Assembly (NCBI GenBank): GCA_050115935.1
Contig: JASFPO010000001.1
Location: 1-54,488, forward strand
Origin: Candidatus Bathyarchaeota archaeon
GTDB lineage: Archaea > Thermoproteota > Bathyarchaeia > Bathyarchaeales > Bathyarchaeaceae
Direction of reading: 5' to 3'
Length of the DNA: 54,488 nt
The position numbers were made by a program, and so were the translations under genes. Every line of letters begins with the position of its first letter. Position 1 is the first letter of the stretch. Below, one piece after another: positions 7,821-16,791 of the stretch. The notes under the pieces were generated by a model, which was given only the letters and a program-made list of their open reading frames with translations, made no database searches and was not told where the DNA came from.

Positions 7821-10415
7821 TCAACTTGTCGGGGTAAATTTCTTTATCAAATAATTAGCATTGACCTCACTTATTGCTAATTCACTAGAAATCTTTGCGG
7901 GGTCTCTGTCACAATTTCCTATAAGACCTCTCAGGTCATCTTCTATTTTTTTCACGAGCAATAGAGTCTCAGCAACCTTGTCAGGGTTGACACCGATTGA
8001 ATCGAGATGGATTACTAGGAATTCTATGAAATCTTCTCCCAAATCACTCGGTGCTTGTCCACAGATCCCAACAGAACGAATGGGGTTTGTGGAGTGAGCT
8101 CCTTCACACAACATCTCTATAGCTTTTTTCACTGCGGGGTTTGATTCATCAAATTCCCATGCCAAAGTCTCAGAATCTCTATCGATAGCTAGAGTTAGTT
8201 GGGTCAAATCATTACTGCCTATGCTGAAGCCATCGCAGTACTTGGCAAACTCCGCAGTAATAAGGCAGATGCTAGGAACCTCTGCCATGAAAATAATCTT
8301 TGGTATTCTCAAGTTTGCTTCTTCGAAAGATCTTCTAATCAGATCAGTAACTCTTTTTGCTTCGTCAACTGTCCTCACAAAAGGAACCATTGGTATGGCA
8401 TTACGCAGGTTCAGTCTATGAACATTGATAAAGGCTTTTAGCTCCAAATCAAACGCCTCAGCGAAAAGTTCATTGATGTATCTTGACGCTCCTCTGAACC
8501 CAAGCATCGGGTTGTTCTCAACAAACTCTAACTCAATTCTTTTGCATCCAATCTTGTCTGAGTTGCAGATTGGGCACTTGTCTGGTTTTGACAAAGATAA
8601 GCTTTCACCGCACTCACAAGAGATCTCGTAATGTAAAGCTCCGGGGAGAGCAGAATACTCATTCGTCTTGAAATCACTAAATCGAACGATCACCTCTCTA
8701 GGGCTAAATGCAGACGCAATTATCGAAATCCCCGTCTTGAGTCTCTCTACATATTCTTGAGACAGAGACTTTATGCCAAGATATTTCCGTTTTATATCGT
8801 CGGCCCATCTATCGAAGCCGAGTTTGTCAGCCTTTAAAGCAAAGACAGGATGCATGTCTGTACCAGCAACTATGAATTCTATTCTAACCAAGGAACTTCC
8901 TTTTGAAGGTAGTTGACTTACTTTCAGGGCTTCAATGGGAGAACCTATATTCACCAAAACTTTAGTGATGGTCTCAGGAATTTCTTTCAACTCTATTTCT
9001 TGCACCTCAAATGGCAAAATTCTGTCGTAAACCCGAGCCTCTCCAAAAGAACAGTCGAGGGTGACCTCGTCTCCATCTTCCAGTTTGGAAGCATTGGAAA
9101 CACTCACAGCGCAGGGTATTCCCCTTTCTCTCGAGACGATTGCCGCATGTGAGGTTCTGTTACCCCTCTCGCATATTATTCCAGAGACTTTTTCCAGATT
9201 CATTACAACTTCCCAATCAGGAGTAGTCATAGAGGTGACCAGCATAGGCTTCACTCCTTTTTGATTCTGAGTCTTAACTTGCCTTTTTGCTTCATTATGA
9301 TCAAAGACTTTAACAACAGGACCTGTCGCTATTTTTGTTCCCACGGCTATACCGGTATGCGTTGGTTTTATTTTTGGCGCTTCTTTAAATCTATACAAGG
9401 TTAGTGTTGTTCTCGTGGCATGAACAGTTTCAGGTCGAGCTTGAGTGATAAAAACTCTGCCATCTTCAACTGCAAATTCAACATCCATTGGTTTACTGTA
9501 AGCCTCTTCAATCTTCGCTACAAACTCTGCAATCTGTCTTTCTTCATCTGACGTTAGAACTCTTGGATCATCTGCTTCGACAGGAACCTCCTTGTTTCTT
9601 CCAGTTTCAGAGTCGAAAACAAGCATCTGTTTCTGTGGTTCCAAGGGAGCTATCGAGCCAAGCAATCTCACATCAGGTTTCTTGACGAAAGCAGTCCAAG
9701 AAGCATTCTCCTTCCCTTGAACTATCATCTCTCCAAGACCATAAACTGCTTGGATGACACCAACATTTCTATTACCTGAATCAGGATCTATAGAAAAGGC
9801 AACCCCAGCTTTTTCAGAATCGATCATGACCTGAATTATAACAGACATAATGCCTTTTCTAACGAGTTCGACTTCAGAAATATCCAGAAGTCGCTTTTTT
9901 CTCAAGTCATTTCTGTAATCCACAACTCTCCAGCCGTAAGCAGATGCAATGCACTTCAACACATATTTAGTTACGTTGGAGTTGAGCGGAACATTCAGAT
10001 AAGTTTCGAATTGGCCGGCGAAAGCGGCAGTGGGCAAGTCTTCAGTAACACCAGAGCTCCTAACAGCAACTCTATGTCTTCTTGCAGTTTGCTTCATGGA
10101 ACTGATTTTGTCGATGAGAGCGTCGGATAGCCCTTTTGATACTTCCAACTTTTCGATCTCTTCTCTCAATTTAGTCGCGATTTCTTCTGCAGTTTTTTCA
10201 TCCCCTTCAGTGAGTTTTTCATCCAATTCTTCAACTGCTTCAATTATTGTTGCATTATTCAATAGAACTTTGGCGAATTCTGTAGTAACGAGGATTGCAT
10301 GAGGTATATTTTCCTCACCTACGATTTTCACCAATTTAGCTAGATTAGATCCTTTTCCACCAGTTATTCTTCCATCAGAGGCAGACGGATCGTTAATATC
10401 TACAACGTAGTTCAT
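7821..10415 (-). CDS. ppsA: Phosphoenolpyruvate synthase (pyruvate, water dikinase) with a Cys-rich insertion
   Basis: GGKGSNLAKL ATP-grasp N-terminus, GNRTSHAAIVSRERGIPCAV phospho-His swivel motif, NPMLGFRGASRY and GSNDLTQL PEP-binding motifs. 864 aa. Confidence 0.9.
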   Translation of the reverse strand: MNYVVDINDPSASDGRITGGKGSNLAKLVKIVGEENIPHAILVTTEFAKVLLNNATIIEAVEELDEKLTEGDEKTAEEIATKLREEIEKLEVSKGLSDALIDKISSMKQTARRHRVAVRSSGVTEDLPTAAFAGQFETYLNVPLNSNVTKYVLKCIASAYGWRVVDYRNDLRKKRLLDISEVELVRKGIMSVIIQVMIDSEKAGVAFSIDPDSGNRNVGVIQAVYGLGEMIVQGKENASWTAFVKKPDVRLLGSIAPLEPQKQMLVFDSETGRNKEVPVEADDPRVLTSDEERQIAEFVAKIEEAYSKPMDVEFAVEDGRVFITQARPETVHATRTTLTLYRFKEAPKIKPTHTGIAVGTKIATGPVVKVFDHNEAKRQVKTQNQKGVKPMLVTSMTTPDWEVVMNLEKVSGIICERGNRTSHAAIVSRERGIPCAVSVSNASKLEDGDEVTLDCSFGEARVYDRILPFEVQEIELKEIPETITKVLVNIGSPIEALKVSQLPSKGSSLVRIEFIVAGTDMHPVFALKADKLGFDRWADDIKRKYLGIKSLSQEYVERLKTGISIIASAFSPREVIVRFSDFKTNEYSALPGALHYEISCECGESLSLSKPDKCPICNSDKIGCKRIELEFVENNPMLGFRGASRYINELFAEAFDLELKAFINVHRLNLRNAIPMVPFVRTVDEAKRVTDLIRRSFEEANLRIPKIIFMAEVPSICLITAEFAKYCDGFSIGSNDLTQLTLAIDRDSETLAWEFDESNPAVKKAIEMLCEGAHSTNPIRSVGICGQAPSDLGEDFIEFLVIHLDSIGVNPDKVAETLLLVKKIEDDLRGLIGNCDRDPAKISSELAISEVNANYLIKKFTPTS

Positions 10416-10525
10416 TTTCTCACCAACAGATAGAATGGCTTCTTTGTTGAGTTTATCAAAACACAGGATCCTCTTCTCCTTTCGGGAAGACGACAGATTA
10501 TTTCACCTATTTGACAGTTTCTGGG

Positions 10526-11029
10526 TTAATCTGGAACCTTCACCTTTTCAATAACGATTCGACACGTTATAGGTAATTTGGCATTTCCTCTTTTTAGAGC
10601 TTCTTTAGCCGTTTCTACGCCGTCTTTGTTAACACCAACTTGTAGGATTGTTTGTTGGAGTCTTATTCGGGCTGCTGTTCCAATTGGTTTGCCAAATGCC
10701 CTTTTCATTCCATCTTGTAAACGGTCTGCGTGAGCGCCGAAAATCATTTTGTTCTCCCTGAGAATAGCATGGGGGTACGGTAGAATTCGAAAAACGTAGC
10801 TGGTTCCAAGTTTTTCTTCGAGATGTCGGTTTACGGCTATTCTGGCTGCTTCAAGGGAGTTGTGGCGGATTTGGGCTTCCTTTTTGGCGATCAGTAGGGC
10901 CCGGTACTCGAATTTTGTTTTGGTGTCGCCCATAGTGAACTTCACGATCTTTGGAGGGGGAAAACCTCCGATATACTTTTTTCTGGTGTAAGGCATTCCT
11001 TTAACATCTCGATAGTTTTTCGCCTTCAT
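10526..11029 (-). CDS. rpl10e: Ribosomal protein uL16 (L10e)
   Basis: MKAKNYRDVKGMPYTRKKYIGGFPPPKI... is an L10e-type sequence. The internal ATG at 11029 is preferred. Confidence 0.9.
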   Translation of the reverse strand: MKAKNYRDVKGMPYTRKKYIGGFPPPKIVKFTMGDTKTKFEYRALLIAKKEAQIRHNSLEAARIAVNRHLEEKLGTSYVFRILPYPHAILRENKMIFGAHADRLQDGMKRAFGKPIGTAARIRLQQTILQVGVNKDGVETAKEALKRGNAKLPITCRIVIEKVKVPD

Positions 11030-11546
11030 GTGTTTTCCCCTCACGAGCATACTGAAGGCTCTATTTAAAGCCTTTTGTGAAACCACTTTATATATCAAAA
11101 TTATGAATTGGTTGACTTTATTTAAGTTTTAGATTCAGAAGGCATAGAAAGAATTGACTCCAAATTGGATTAACAATCTGAGTCCAGTATCGCACACGTG
11201 CGTGCTTGATAGCTTAAGGAGAAAAGTCTGATCTCATCACACTCTGCGAGACGTAGAAGATATCCATAAACCCAAATATTTCTCCATGCCACTTTTCAAG
11301 TGATAGATCATGATGAAGGAGAGTTAGAAGCAAAGAGAGAGAAAGGAGATTCGCAGAAATTTTCCTTCTAACCTTCCTTCACACATGTACATCAATTGTA
11401 TAGGAAATGGTTCTACATACTTAAGGGCAACTCACAAAATGTGGTCACAAATTGTTACTAGGAGGTAATGGGGAAAGCATTTCGGGTTGTTTTAGTAATT
11501 TGAGGACTTAAATGGATTCATTAAGAATTTCATTTGTCCAGTGGTT

Positions 11547-12032
11547 TCATTGTCTGTCGTATTTTTCCACTTCGTCACTCATTATAACCAGTCCGATCCC
11601 TGCGTCCTCGAACATTCTCACAGTATCTGCTTCAGCGTGGTAGTGTTTTTCCGCAACCACACGCTTGATACCAGAATTAATAATCATCATTGCACAAGTC
11701 CTGCATGGAACCATCTTACAGTAAAGTGTCGCTCCGTCTATTGATACCCCGAATTTCGCAGCTTGGATTATCGCATTCTGCTCCGCGTGCAATGTTCGTA
11801 CACAGTGTTGAGTGACGTTTCCAGCGTCATCGAAAACCTTGCGCATGTCATGCCCTGCTTCTTTGCAATGAAGCAATCCTGTGGGTGAACCGACGTATCC
11901 TGTAGTTAGAATCCTTTTGTCTTTTACAATTACACATCCGTTTTTACCTCTGTCACATGTCGCCCTTTTCGAAACAGCTTCACATAAATCAAGAAAATAT
12001 CTGTCCCAACTTGGTCTCTTGCAATCTTCCAT
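11547..12032 (-). CDS. dCMP (deoxycytidylate) deaminase
   Basis: WDRYFLDLCEAVSKRATC, HAEQNAI and PCRTCAMMI zinc-binding motifs of the cytidine/dCMP deaminase family. Confidence 0.85.
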   Translation of the reverse strand: MEDCKRPSWDRYFLDLCEAVSKRATCDRGKNGCVIVKDKRILTTGYVGSPTGLLHCKEAGHDMRKVFDDAGNVTQHCVRTLHAEQNAIIQAAKFGVSIDGATLYCKMVPCRTCAMMIINSGIKRVVAEKHYHAEADTVRMFEDAGIGLVIMSDEVEKYDRQ

Positions 12033-12114
12033 GCTTCTACACATCGCTCTGGAGCTATTAATATCTTAGCGTGAGAGGATATCGTTGAACAATCGTGATA
12101 TATGTATCAAATCT

Positions 12115-12124
12115 GCGCGCGCGC
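12115..12124. repeat. (GC)5 alternating run, intergenic
   Basis: GCGCGCGCGC read directly; it lies between the padR stop and the dCMP deaminase start. Confidence 0.9.
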
Positions 12125-12211
12125 CACAATAAAACCCAGAATAGGCAAGCAAATCCTTACTCGCTCTCAAAACATCGCTTCCTTCTCCATCTATTTGGAC
12201 ATAAGATATCT

Positions 12212-12568
12212 TTAAGAAGACTGATCTGAAAACTGCAAGCGCGTTTTGCGGTATTCTTCGAAGATTTCTCCAAAAGCGCTACAGAAGTATCTGCAAGCTC
12301 GTTCCAATCCGTCTCTGCCTTGCTCTGACAGCGTGTAGATGGTTGTCCGGCCTCTCTTTTCCATTTCCACAAGTCCTTTTGCCCGAAGCTCTTTCAACGC
12401 TGGGTATATGGTTCCTGGTGTGGGCGTGGTTCCTCTCCTCTTTCCCAGTTCGTTGGATATCTCTTGTCCATTCATAGGTTTCTTGGAGAGAAGCCATAAT
12501 ATGTAAAAAGATAGCATTCCACGCATGTCGCAGCAATCTGGAGCCTCTGGGCAACATTTTTCTTTCAT
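12212..12568 (-). CDS. PadR-family winged-helix transcriptional regulator
   Basis: LSFYILWLLSKKPMNGQEISNELGKRRG...GTIYPALKELRAKGLVE is a PadR signature. An N-terminal CCPEAPDCC Cys cluster is present. The internal ATG at 12568 is preferred. Confidence 0.75.
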   Translation of the reverse strand: MKEKCCPEAPDCCDMRGMLSFYILWLLSKKPMNGQEISNELGKRRGTTPTPGTIYPALKELRAKGLVEMEKRGRTTIYTLSEQGRDGLERACRYFCSAFGEIFEEYRKTRLQFSDQSS

Positions 12569-12579
12569 AAATTGATATT

Positions 12580-12631
12580 GGACATCCGATATATTTATAT
12601 ATTTCTTCGATAATCTATAGGACATCCGATA
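12580..12631. promoter_or_regulatory. Divergent promoter with two copies of GGACATCCGATA flanking an AT-rich TATA-like tract
   Basis: Exact 12-bp direct repeat at 12580-12591 and 12620-12631, with ATATATTTATATATTT between. It lies between the padR ATG (12568) and the arsM-like ATG (12648). Confidence 0.5.
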
Positions 12632-12647
12632 AAAGGTGCTGAGGAAA

Positions 12648-13403
12648 ATGGAAGATAAAGAAGTCAAAGAGTACGTGAAGAAAAGATATGGTGAGATAGC
12701 GAAGAGTGAAGCCTCTTGTTGTTCATCCTGTGGTTGTGGACCCTCCGCGGCAGACGTAGCCTTGCGAATAGGTTACTCAGAGGAGGACTTGAAGAATGTT
12801 CCTGAAGCCTCGAGTATGGGCTTAGGTTGTGGAAATCCTGTTGCACTAGCCAGTCTAAGGGAAGGAGAGATTGTTCTGGATCTAGGGTCTGGCGGCGGAA
12901 TCGACGTCTTTCTGGCAGCTAAGAAAGTTGGAACGAAAGGAAAGGTAATTGGTGTTGACATGACAGAGGAAATGATTCAAAGAGCAAGAGCCACAGCCTC
13001 GAAATATGGCTATGAAAATGTAGAGTTTCGGCGAGGTGAAATAGAGAATCTGCCAATTCAAGACAATTCTGTGGATGCAGTTATCAGCAATTGTGTGATC
13101 AACCTGTCCCCAGACAAACAGAAGGTGTTTCAAGAAGCACATAGAGTTCTGAAAACTGGTGGGAGAATCATGATTTCTGACATAGTTACGGAAGGAGAAC
13201 TGCCTGAAGAGGTGAGGAAGAGCTTTGATGCTTGGGCTGGATGCATTGCTGGCGCGCTGGAAAAAGGTGACTATCTGGATACAATAAAGAGATCAGGGTT
13301 TAAGGACGTCAAGGTCGTCTCTGAATCAACTTACAGCATAGATGTTTCTCAAGAGCTGAAGGGAAAAATAACAAGTGTTCAGGTGGAAGCCCACAAAAGC
13401 TGA
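12648..13403 (+). CDS. arsM: ArsM-like SAM-dependent (arsenite) methyltransferase
   Basis: KRYGEIAK...CCSSCGC...[13 protein letters not shown]...[13 protein letters not shown]...[13 protein letters not shown], the ArsM family pattern including the conserved cysteines. Confidence 0.8.
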   Translation: MEDKEVKEYVKKRYGEIAKSEASCCSSCGCGPSAADVALRIGYSEEDLKNVPEASSMGLGCGNPVALASLREGEIVLDLGSGGGIDVFLAAKKVGTKGKVIGVDMTEEMIQRARATASKYGYENVEFRRGEIENLPIQDNSVDAVISNCVINLSPDKQKVFQEAHRVLKTGGRIMISDIVTEGELPEEVRKSFDAWAGCIAGALEKGDYLDTIKRSGFKDVKVVSESTYSIDVSQELKGKITSVQVEAHKS

Positions 13404-13408
13404 GAACA

Positions 13409-13415
13409 CGCGCGC
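13409..13415. repeat. Alternating CG run (CGCGCGC) just after the arsM stop
   Basis: Read directly; 6 nt downstream of the stop at 13401-13403. Confidence 0.9.
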
Positions 13416-13508
13416 AATTCCCAGACTACATTCCAGAGAATGGTAAATTTATAAGAGAGAATGTATACTGTGAAAATTCAGCATGCAAAAATGAGGAGGT
13501 AAGAAGAA

Positions 13509-13712
13509 TTGGTTGAAGTGAAAGTTGACCATTCAAAGTGCAATGGAGACTCCATATGCGTAGATGTTTGTCCAGTCGCCGTCTTTGAACTGCAAGAGCT
13601 TTCGGAGTACCCAAGTGAAAAGAAATCTGTTGTGATCGACAACGATGCATGCATCGAATGCAGAGCCTGCGAAGTTCAATGTCCAACCCAAGCTATAACC
13701 GTAACAGAATAA
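13509..13712 (+). CDS. 2x[4Fe-4S] ferredoxin
   Basis: CNGDSICVDVCP and CIECRACEVQCP cluster motifs. GGAGG lies upstream. TTG/GTG start. Confidence 0.8.
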   Translation: MVEVKVDHSKCNGDSICVDVCPVAVFELQELSEYPSEKKSVVIDNDACIECRACEVQCPTQAITVTE

Positions 13713-13736
13713 ATACTAGTAGAAAGGGAGGAAGAA

Positions 13737-13979
13737 TTGCCCTCAGACGTTAAGCCAAATCGAACTCTCGACTGCATGGGATTGTATTGTCCAGAGCCTG
13801 TCTTCAGAGCGCGTCTGGAACTAGACAAGATGGTCATTGGTGAGATCCTAGAGATGGTTGCTGATGACCCAGCAGCTGAGGAAGATATAAAGAGTTTAGT
13901 GAAAAGAACTGGACAGGAGCTTCTAGAAATAAGCAAAAAGGGCAATGCCCTCCGATTCTTAATCAAAAAGATAAAGTGA
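13737..13979 (+). CDS. tusA: TusA/SirA-like sulfur carrier protein
   Basis: LDCMGLYCPEPVFRARLELDKM contains the CPxP active-site motif. 80 aa. Confidence 0.8.
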   Translation: MPSDVKPNRTLDCMGLYCPEPVFRARLELDKMVIGEILEMVADDPAAEEDIKSLVKRTGQELLEISKKGNALRFLIKKIK

Positions 13980-13990
13980 TGTGACTCAGT

Positions 13991-14359
13991 TTGAGTGAGA
14001 AAAAGAAAATATTATACGTGCAAACAAGCGGGGTAGACACCCCAGAACGCACCTATGCCCCATTTATCTTGGCAACAACAGCTGTAGCCATGGGGATAGA
14101 CGCAACCGTATACTTCGTGATAAAAGGAATAACCATACTCAAAGAGGGAGAAGCTGAAAAAATCAAGTTAGGAGAATTTCCTTCTCTAAAAGAAGTAATG
14201 AACCAAGCGGTGAAAGCTGGAGTAAAGCTTGAAGTTTGCGAACAAAGCTGTATGCTCCTCGGATTGGGAAGAGGAGACTTCGTAGACCCTGCTAAAATAG
14301 TGGGCGCTGCCACGCTCAACGACCGAATCTTGGATGCTGACGCTGTATTATGCTTCTGA
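13991..14359 (+). CDS. DsrE/DsrF-like sulfur relay family protein
   Basis: 122 aa. KILYVQTSG...PFILATTAVAMG...VCEQSC pattern, and context next to TusA. Confidence 0.7.
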   Translation: MSEKKKILYVQTSGVDTPERTYAPFILATTAVAMGIDATVYFVIKGITILKEGEAEKIKLGEFPSLKEVMNQAVKAGVKLEVCEQSCMLLGLGRGDFVDPAKIVGAATLNDRILDADAVLCF

Positions 14360-14378
14360 CAGCGAAAGGCGGTCTGTA

Positions 14379-15554
14379 ATGCGAAGAGTCTACATGGATC
14401 ACACGGCTGGAATGCCCGTTGATGAACGTGTTCTTGAAGCTATGATGCCCTACTTTACACAAAGCTATGGAAATCCATCATCTATCCACTATTTTGGCAA
14501 CGAAGCACGAAGAGCAATTGACGAAGCGCGCACCAAGATCTCAGAGTTGATTGGAGCAGAGAAAAAAGAGGAGATCGTCTTCACCTCAGGCGGCACCGAA
14601 AGCAACAATGTGGCGATTAAAGGTGTAGCCTACAGAAACAAGGACAAGGGAGACCAAATCATCACAAGTTCAATCGAACATATGTCAGTGATAAACACAT
14701 GCAAGTATCTCAGCAAGGAAGGATTCAAAGTTACACAACTTCCAGTTGACAAATATGGGACCGTGGACATGGAAGCTTTAAAGAAGAAGATCACCAACAA
14801 GACAGTTCTCGTTTCCATTATGCATGCAAATGACGAGATTGGCACAATTGAACCTATCAAAGAGATAGGAGAGATTGCCCACAGCAAAGGAGCATTTTTA
14901 CACGTGGACGCTGTAGCAGCCGCAGGTCAGAAACCAATAGACGTTCAAGATGAAAACATCGATTTGCTTTCTCTTTCTTCGAATGACATGTACGGTCCAA
15001 GAGGAGTAGGTGCCCTCTACATTAAGGCTGGAACGCGAATTATACCCACGTTACATGGTGGAGGGCAAGAGCGAGGCTTGCGCTCTGGAACTGAGAATTT
15101 ACCGGGAATAGTTGGCATGGGGAAAGCAGCAGAAATCGCGAAGATTGAGATGAAAAGCGAATCAGAAAGATTGGCAAATTTAAGGGATAAGTTCATTGAA
15201 GGCGCCTTAGATCGCATTCCTGAATCATATTTGAATGGACATCCAACCAAGCGGTTGCCAAACAATGTTAATGTGAGGTTCAGCTACATTGAAGGAGAAT
15301 CGTTGATTCTCAGTTTAGATATGGAAGGTATAGCTTGCTCTTCCGGCTCGGCTTGCACTTCAAAAACACTAGAGCCTTCTCATGTTCTACTAGCTGTAGG
15401 TCTAAAACATGAAGAAGCACATGGTTCCTTGCTCTTCACCTTGGGAAAACAAAATACGGAAGAAGACGTAAAATATGTGTTGGGCTTACTACCAAGTATA
15501 GTTAAAAGACTGAGAACCATTTCACCCTTAACTCCAAAGGATTTGGTGACCTAG
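14379..15554 (+). CDS. iscS: Cysteine desulfurase (NifS/IscS type)
   Basis: VYMDHTAG...FTSGGTESNN...SSNDMYGP...SSGSACTS active-site Cys loop. The ATG at 14379 is preferred. Confidence 0.9.
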   Translation: MRRVYMDHTAGMPVDERVLEAMMPYFTQSYGNPSSIHYFGNEARRAIDEARTKISELIGAEKKEEIVFTSGGTESNNVAIKGVAYRNKDKGDQIITSSIEHMSVINTCKYLSKEGFKVTQLPVDKYGTVDMEALKKKITNKTVLVSIMHANDEIGTIEPIKEIGEIAHSKGAFLHVDAVAAAGQKPIDVQDENIDLLSLSSNDMYGPRGVGALYIKAGTRIIPTLHGGGQERGLRSGTENLPGIVGMGKAAEIAKIEMKSESERLANLRDKFIEGALDRIPESYLNGHPTKRLPNNVNVRFSYIEGESLILSLDMEGIACSSGSACTSKTLEPSHVLLAVGLKHEEAHGSLLFTLGKQNTEEDVKYVLGLLPSIVKRLRTISPLTPKDLVT

Positions 15555-15557
15555 AAA

Positions 15558-15935
15558 ATGTATACCGAAAAAGTCATGGAACACTTCAGAAACCCACGCA
15601 ACATGGGTGAGATGCCAGAGGCAGACGGCGTCGGAACAGTGGGTAACCCAGTTTGCGGTGACTTAATGACCATTTACATCAAAGTAAAGGACAACAGAAT
15701 AGCCGACATCAAATTCAAAACATTCGGTTGCGGAGCTGCCATAGCAACCAGCAGCATGATTACTGAACTGGCAAGAGGCAAAACTCTAGAGGAGGCTATG
15801 AAAATAACAAGAGGAAACGTAGCCGAAAGCTTAGGAGGACTACCGCCAGTAAAGATGCACTGTTCTAACCTAGCCGCCGATGGTCTACACGCAGCCATAG
15901 AAGACTACCTCAAAAAGAAGGAGGCCAAAAAGTGA
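15558..15935 (+). CDS. iscU: Fe-S cluster scaffold IscU/NifU-like
   Basis: HFRNPRNMG...GNPVCGDLM...FGCGAAIATSS...HCSNLA, the canonical IscU cysteines. Confidence 0.9.
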   Translation: MYTEKVMEHFRNPRNMGEMPEADGVGTVGNPVCGDLMTIYIKVKDNRIADIKFKTFGCGAAIATSSMITELARGKTLEEAMKITRGNVAESLGGLPPVKMHCSNLAADGLHAAIEDYLKKKEAKK

Positions 15936-16090
15936 AAGCTTTCACAAAATGCGAAGTGTGCAATGTGAAGATTCCAAGCCGTGAAAGATGCATATTTGCA
16001 GTCTACAAGAGGACTATTGACGGCAAAGAACACTACTTCTGCTGCGAGCATCACGCCGAAGAGTACGAAAAGAAACACAAGAAGCAGTAA
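15932..16090 (+). CDS. Small TRASH/YHS-like Cys-rich metal-binding protein (52 aa, not in the ORF track)
   Basis: My translation gives VKAFTKCEVCNVKIPSRERCIFAVYKRTIDGKEHYFCCEHHAEEYEKKHKKQ*. The CxxC...FCC spacing fits the TRASH domain. Its GTG overlaps the iscU TGA (GTGA). Confidence 0.6.
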   Translation: MKAFTKCEVCNVKIPSRERCIFAVYKRTIDGKEHYFCCEHHAEEYEKKHKKQ

Positions 16091-16106
16091 AGAAAGCATT
16101 CTAGTC

Positions 16107-16706
16107 TTATCTTCTGGCTTCAATTAAGATTATGGTTTCAAACAGGAATCTTTTCTCAGAGAGTATTTTGGCTTCTAATCCTATCTCTCTGAATCTATTC
16201 AATGTTTCATCAACATCAGACAGAGAGGACTGGATCAAAAGAATTCTACCATTTTCGCTTAGATATCGTGACACATCAGCTATGAAGCGGTCTATGAGTT
16301 GTCTTCCCTTTGGTCCACCAGCCCACGCTCGCCCTATCCATGTTTTCTCTTCACTTGGGCTCAACGGTAAATATGGAGCATTGAAGAGTATAAGAGTGAA
16401 AAGCTCATCCTGTTTTACTGGTTGAAAAAGATCGCCGCGTCTAATATCCACTTTGTCCTCAATTTTGTTAGCCTTCGCATTTAGCTTGGCGTATCGTACT
16501 GCGTGAGGATTCGAATCTACAGCAGTCACCTTTTTTGCCCTATTTGCAACTAGAATTCCCAGTATGCCACAGCCAGTGCCCATGTCAAGGACGACGTCGT
16601 CGGCGTTGACTTTGAGATTCTCAGCCAAGAGAAACGTGTCTTCCGCTGGCTCGTACACATCCTTTGAAACACAAAAGACGTAATTATTGAAGAAAAACTT
16701 CTTCAT
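16107..16706 (-). CDS. HemK/Mtq2-like N5-glutamine (release factor) methyltransferase
   Basis: VYEPAEDTFLL, VLDMGTGCGILG, LILFNAPYLP (NPPY-type motif). Confidence 0.75.
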   Translation of the reverse strand: MKKFFFNNYVFCVSKDVYEPAEDTFLLAENLKVNADDVVLDMGTGCGILGILVANRAKKVTAVDSNPHAVRYAKLNAKANKIEDKVDIRRGDLFQPVKQDELFTLILFNAPYLPLSPSEEKTWIGRAWAGGPKGRQLIDRFIADVSRYLSENGRILLIQSSLSDVDETLNRFREIGLEAKILSEKRFLFETIILIEARR

Positions 16707-16791
16707 AACTCAGATATTTCATGAGCTTCAAGAAATGGTTTTCTATTATATCGATGAGAACAGCTTATGCTGGCTGTCAAACTATAAATAA

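Noticed and set aside
11100-11546. A 446-bp intergenic region upstream of rpl10e, examined for a C/D-box sRNA or other ncRNA. There is a C-box-like ATGATGA at 11310-11316 and a near-palindrome around CACGTG.
   Set aside because: There is no properly spaced D box (CTGA) or terminal stem, and no convincing structure by eye. I cannot support an RNA gene.
12157-12557. Alternative-frame ORFs (71 aa and 92 aa) overlapping padR.
   Set aside because: The PadR frame has a clear family signature. The others are Arg/Ser-rich out-of-frame artefacts.
15905-16123. A 72-aa minus-strand ORF overlapping the iscU end.
   Set aside because: It is hydrophobic and low-complexity, and it is antisense to the better-supported TRASH-like ORF and the iscU 3' end.
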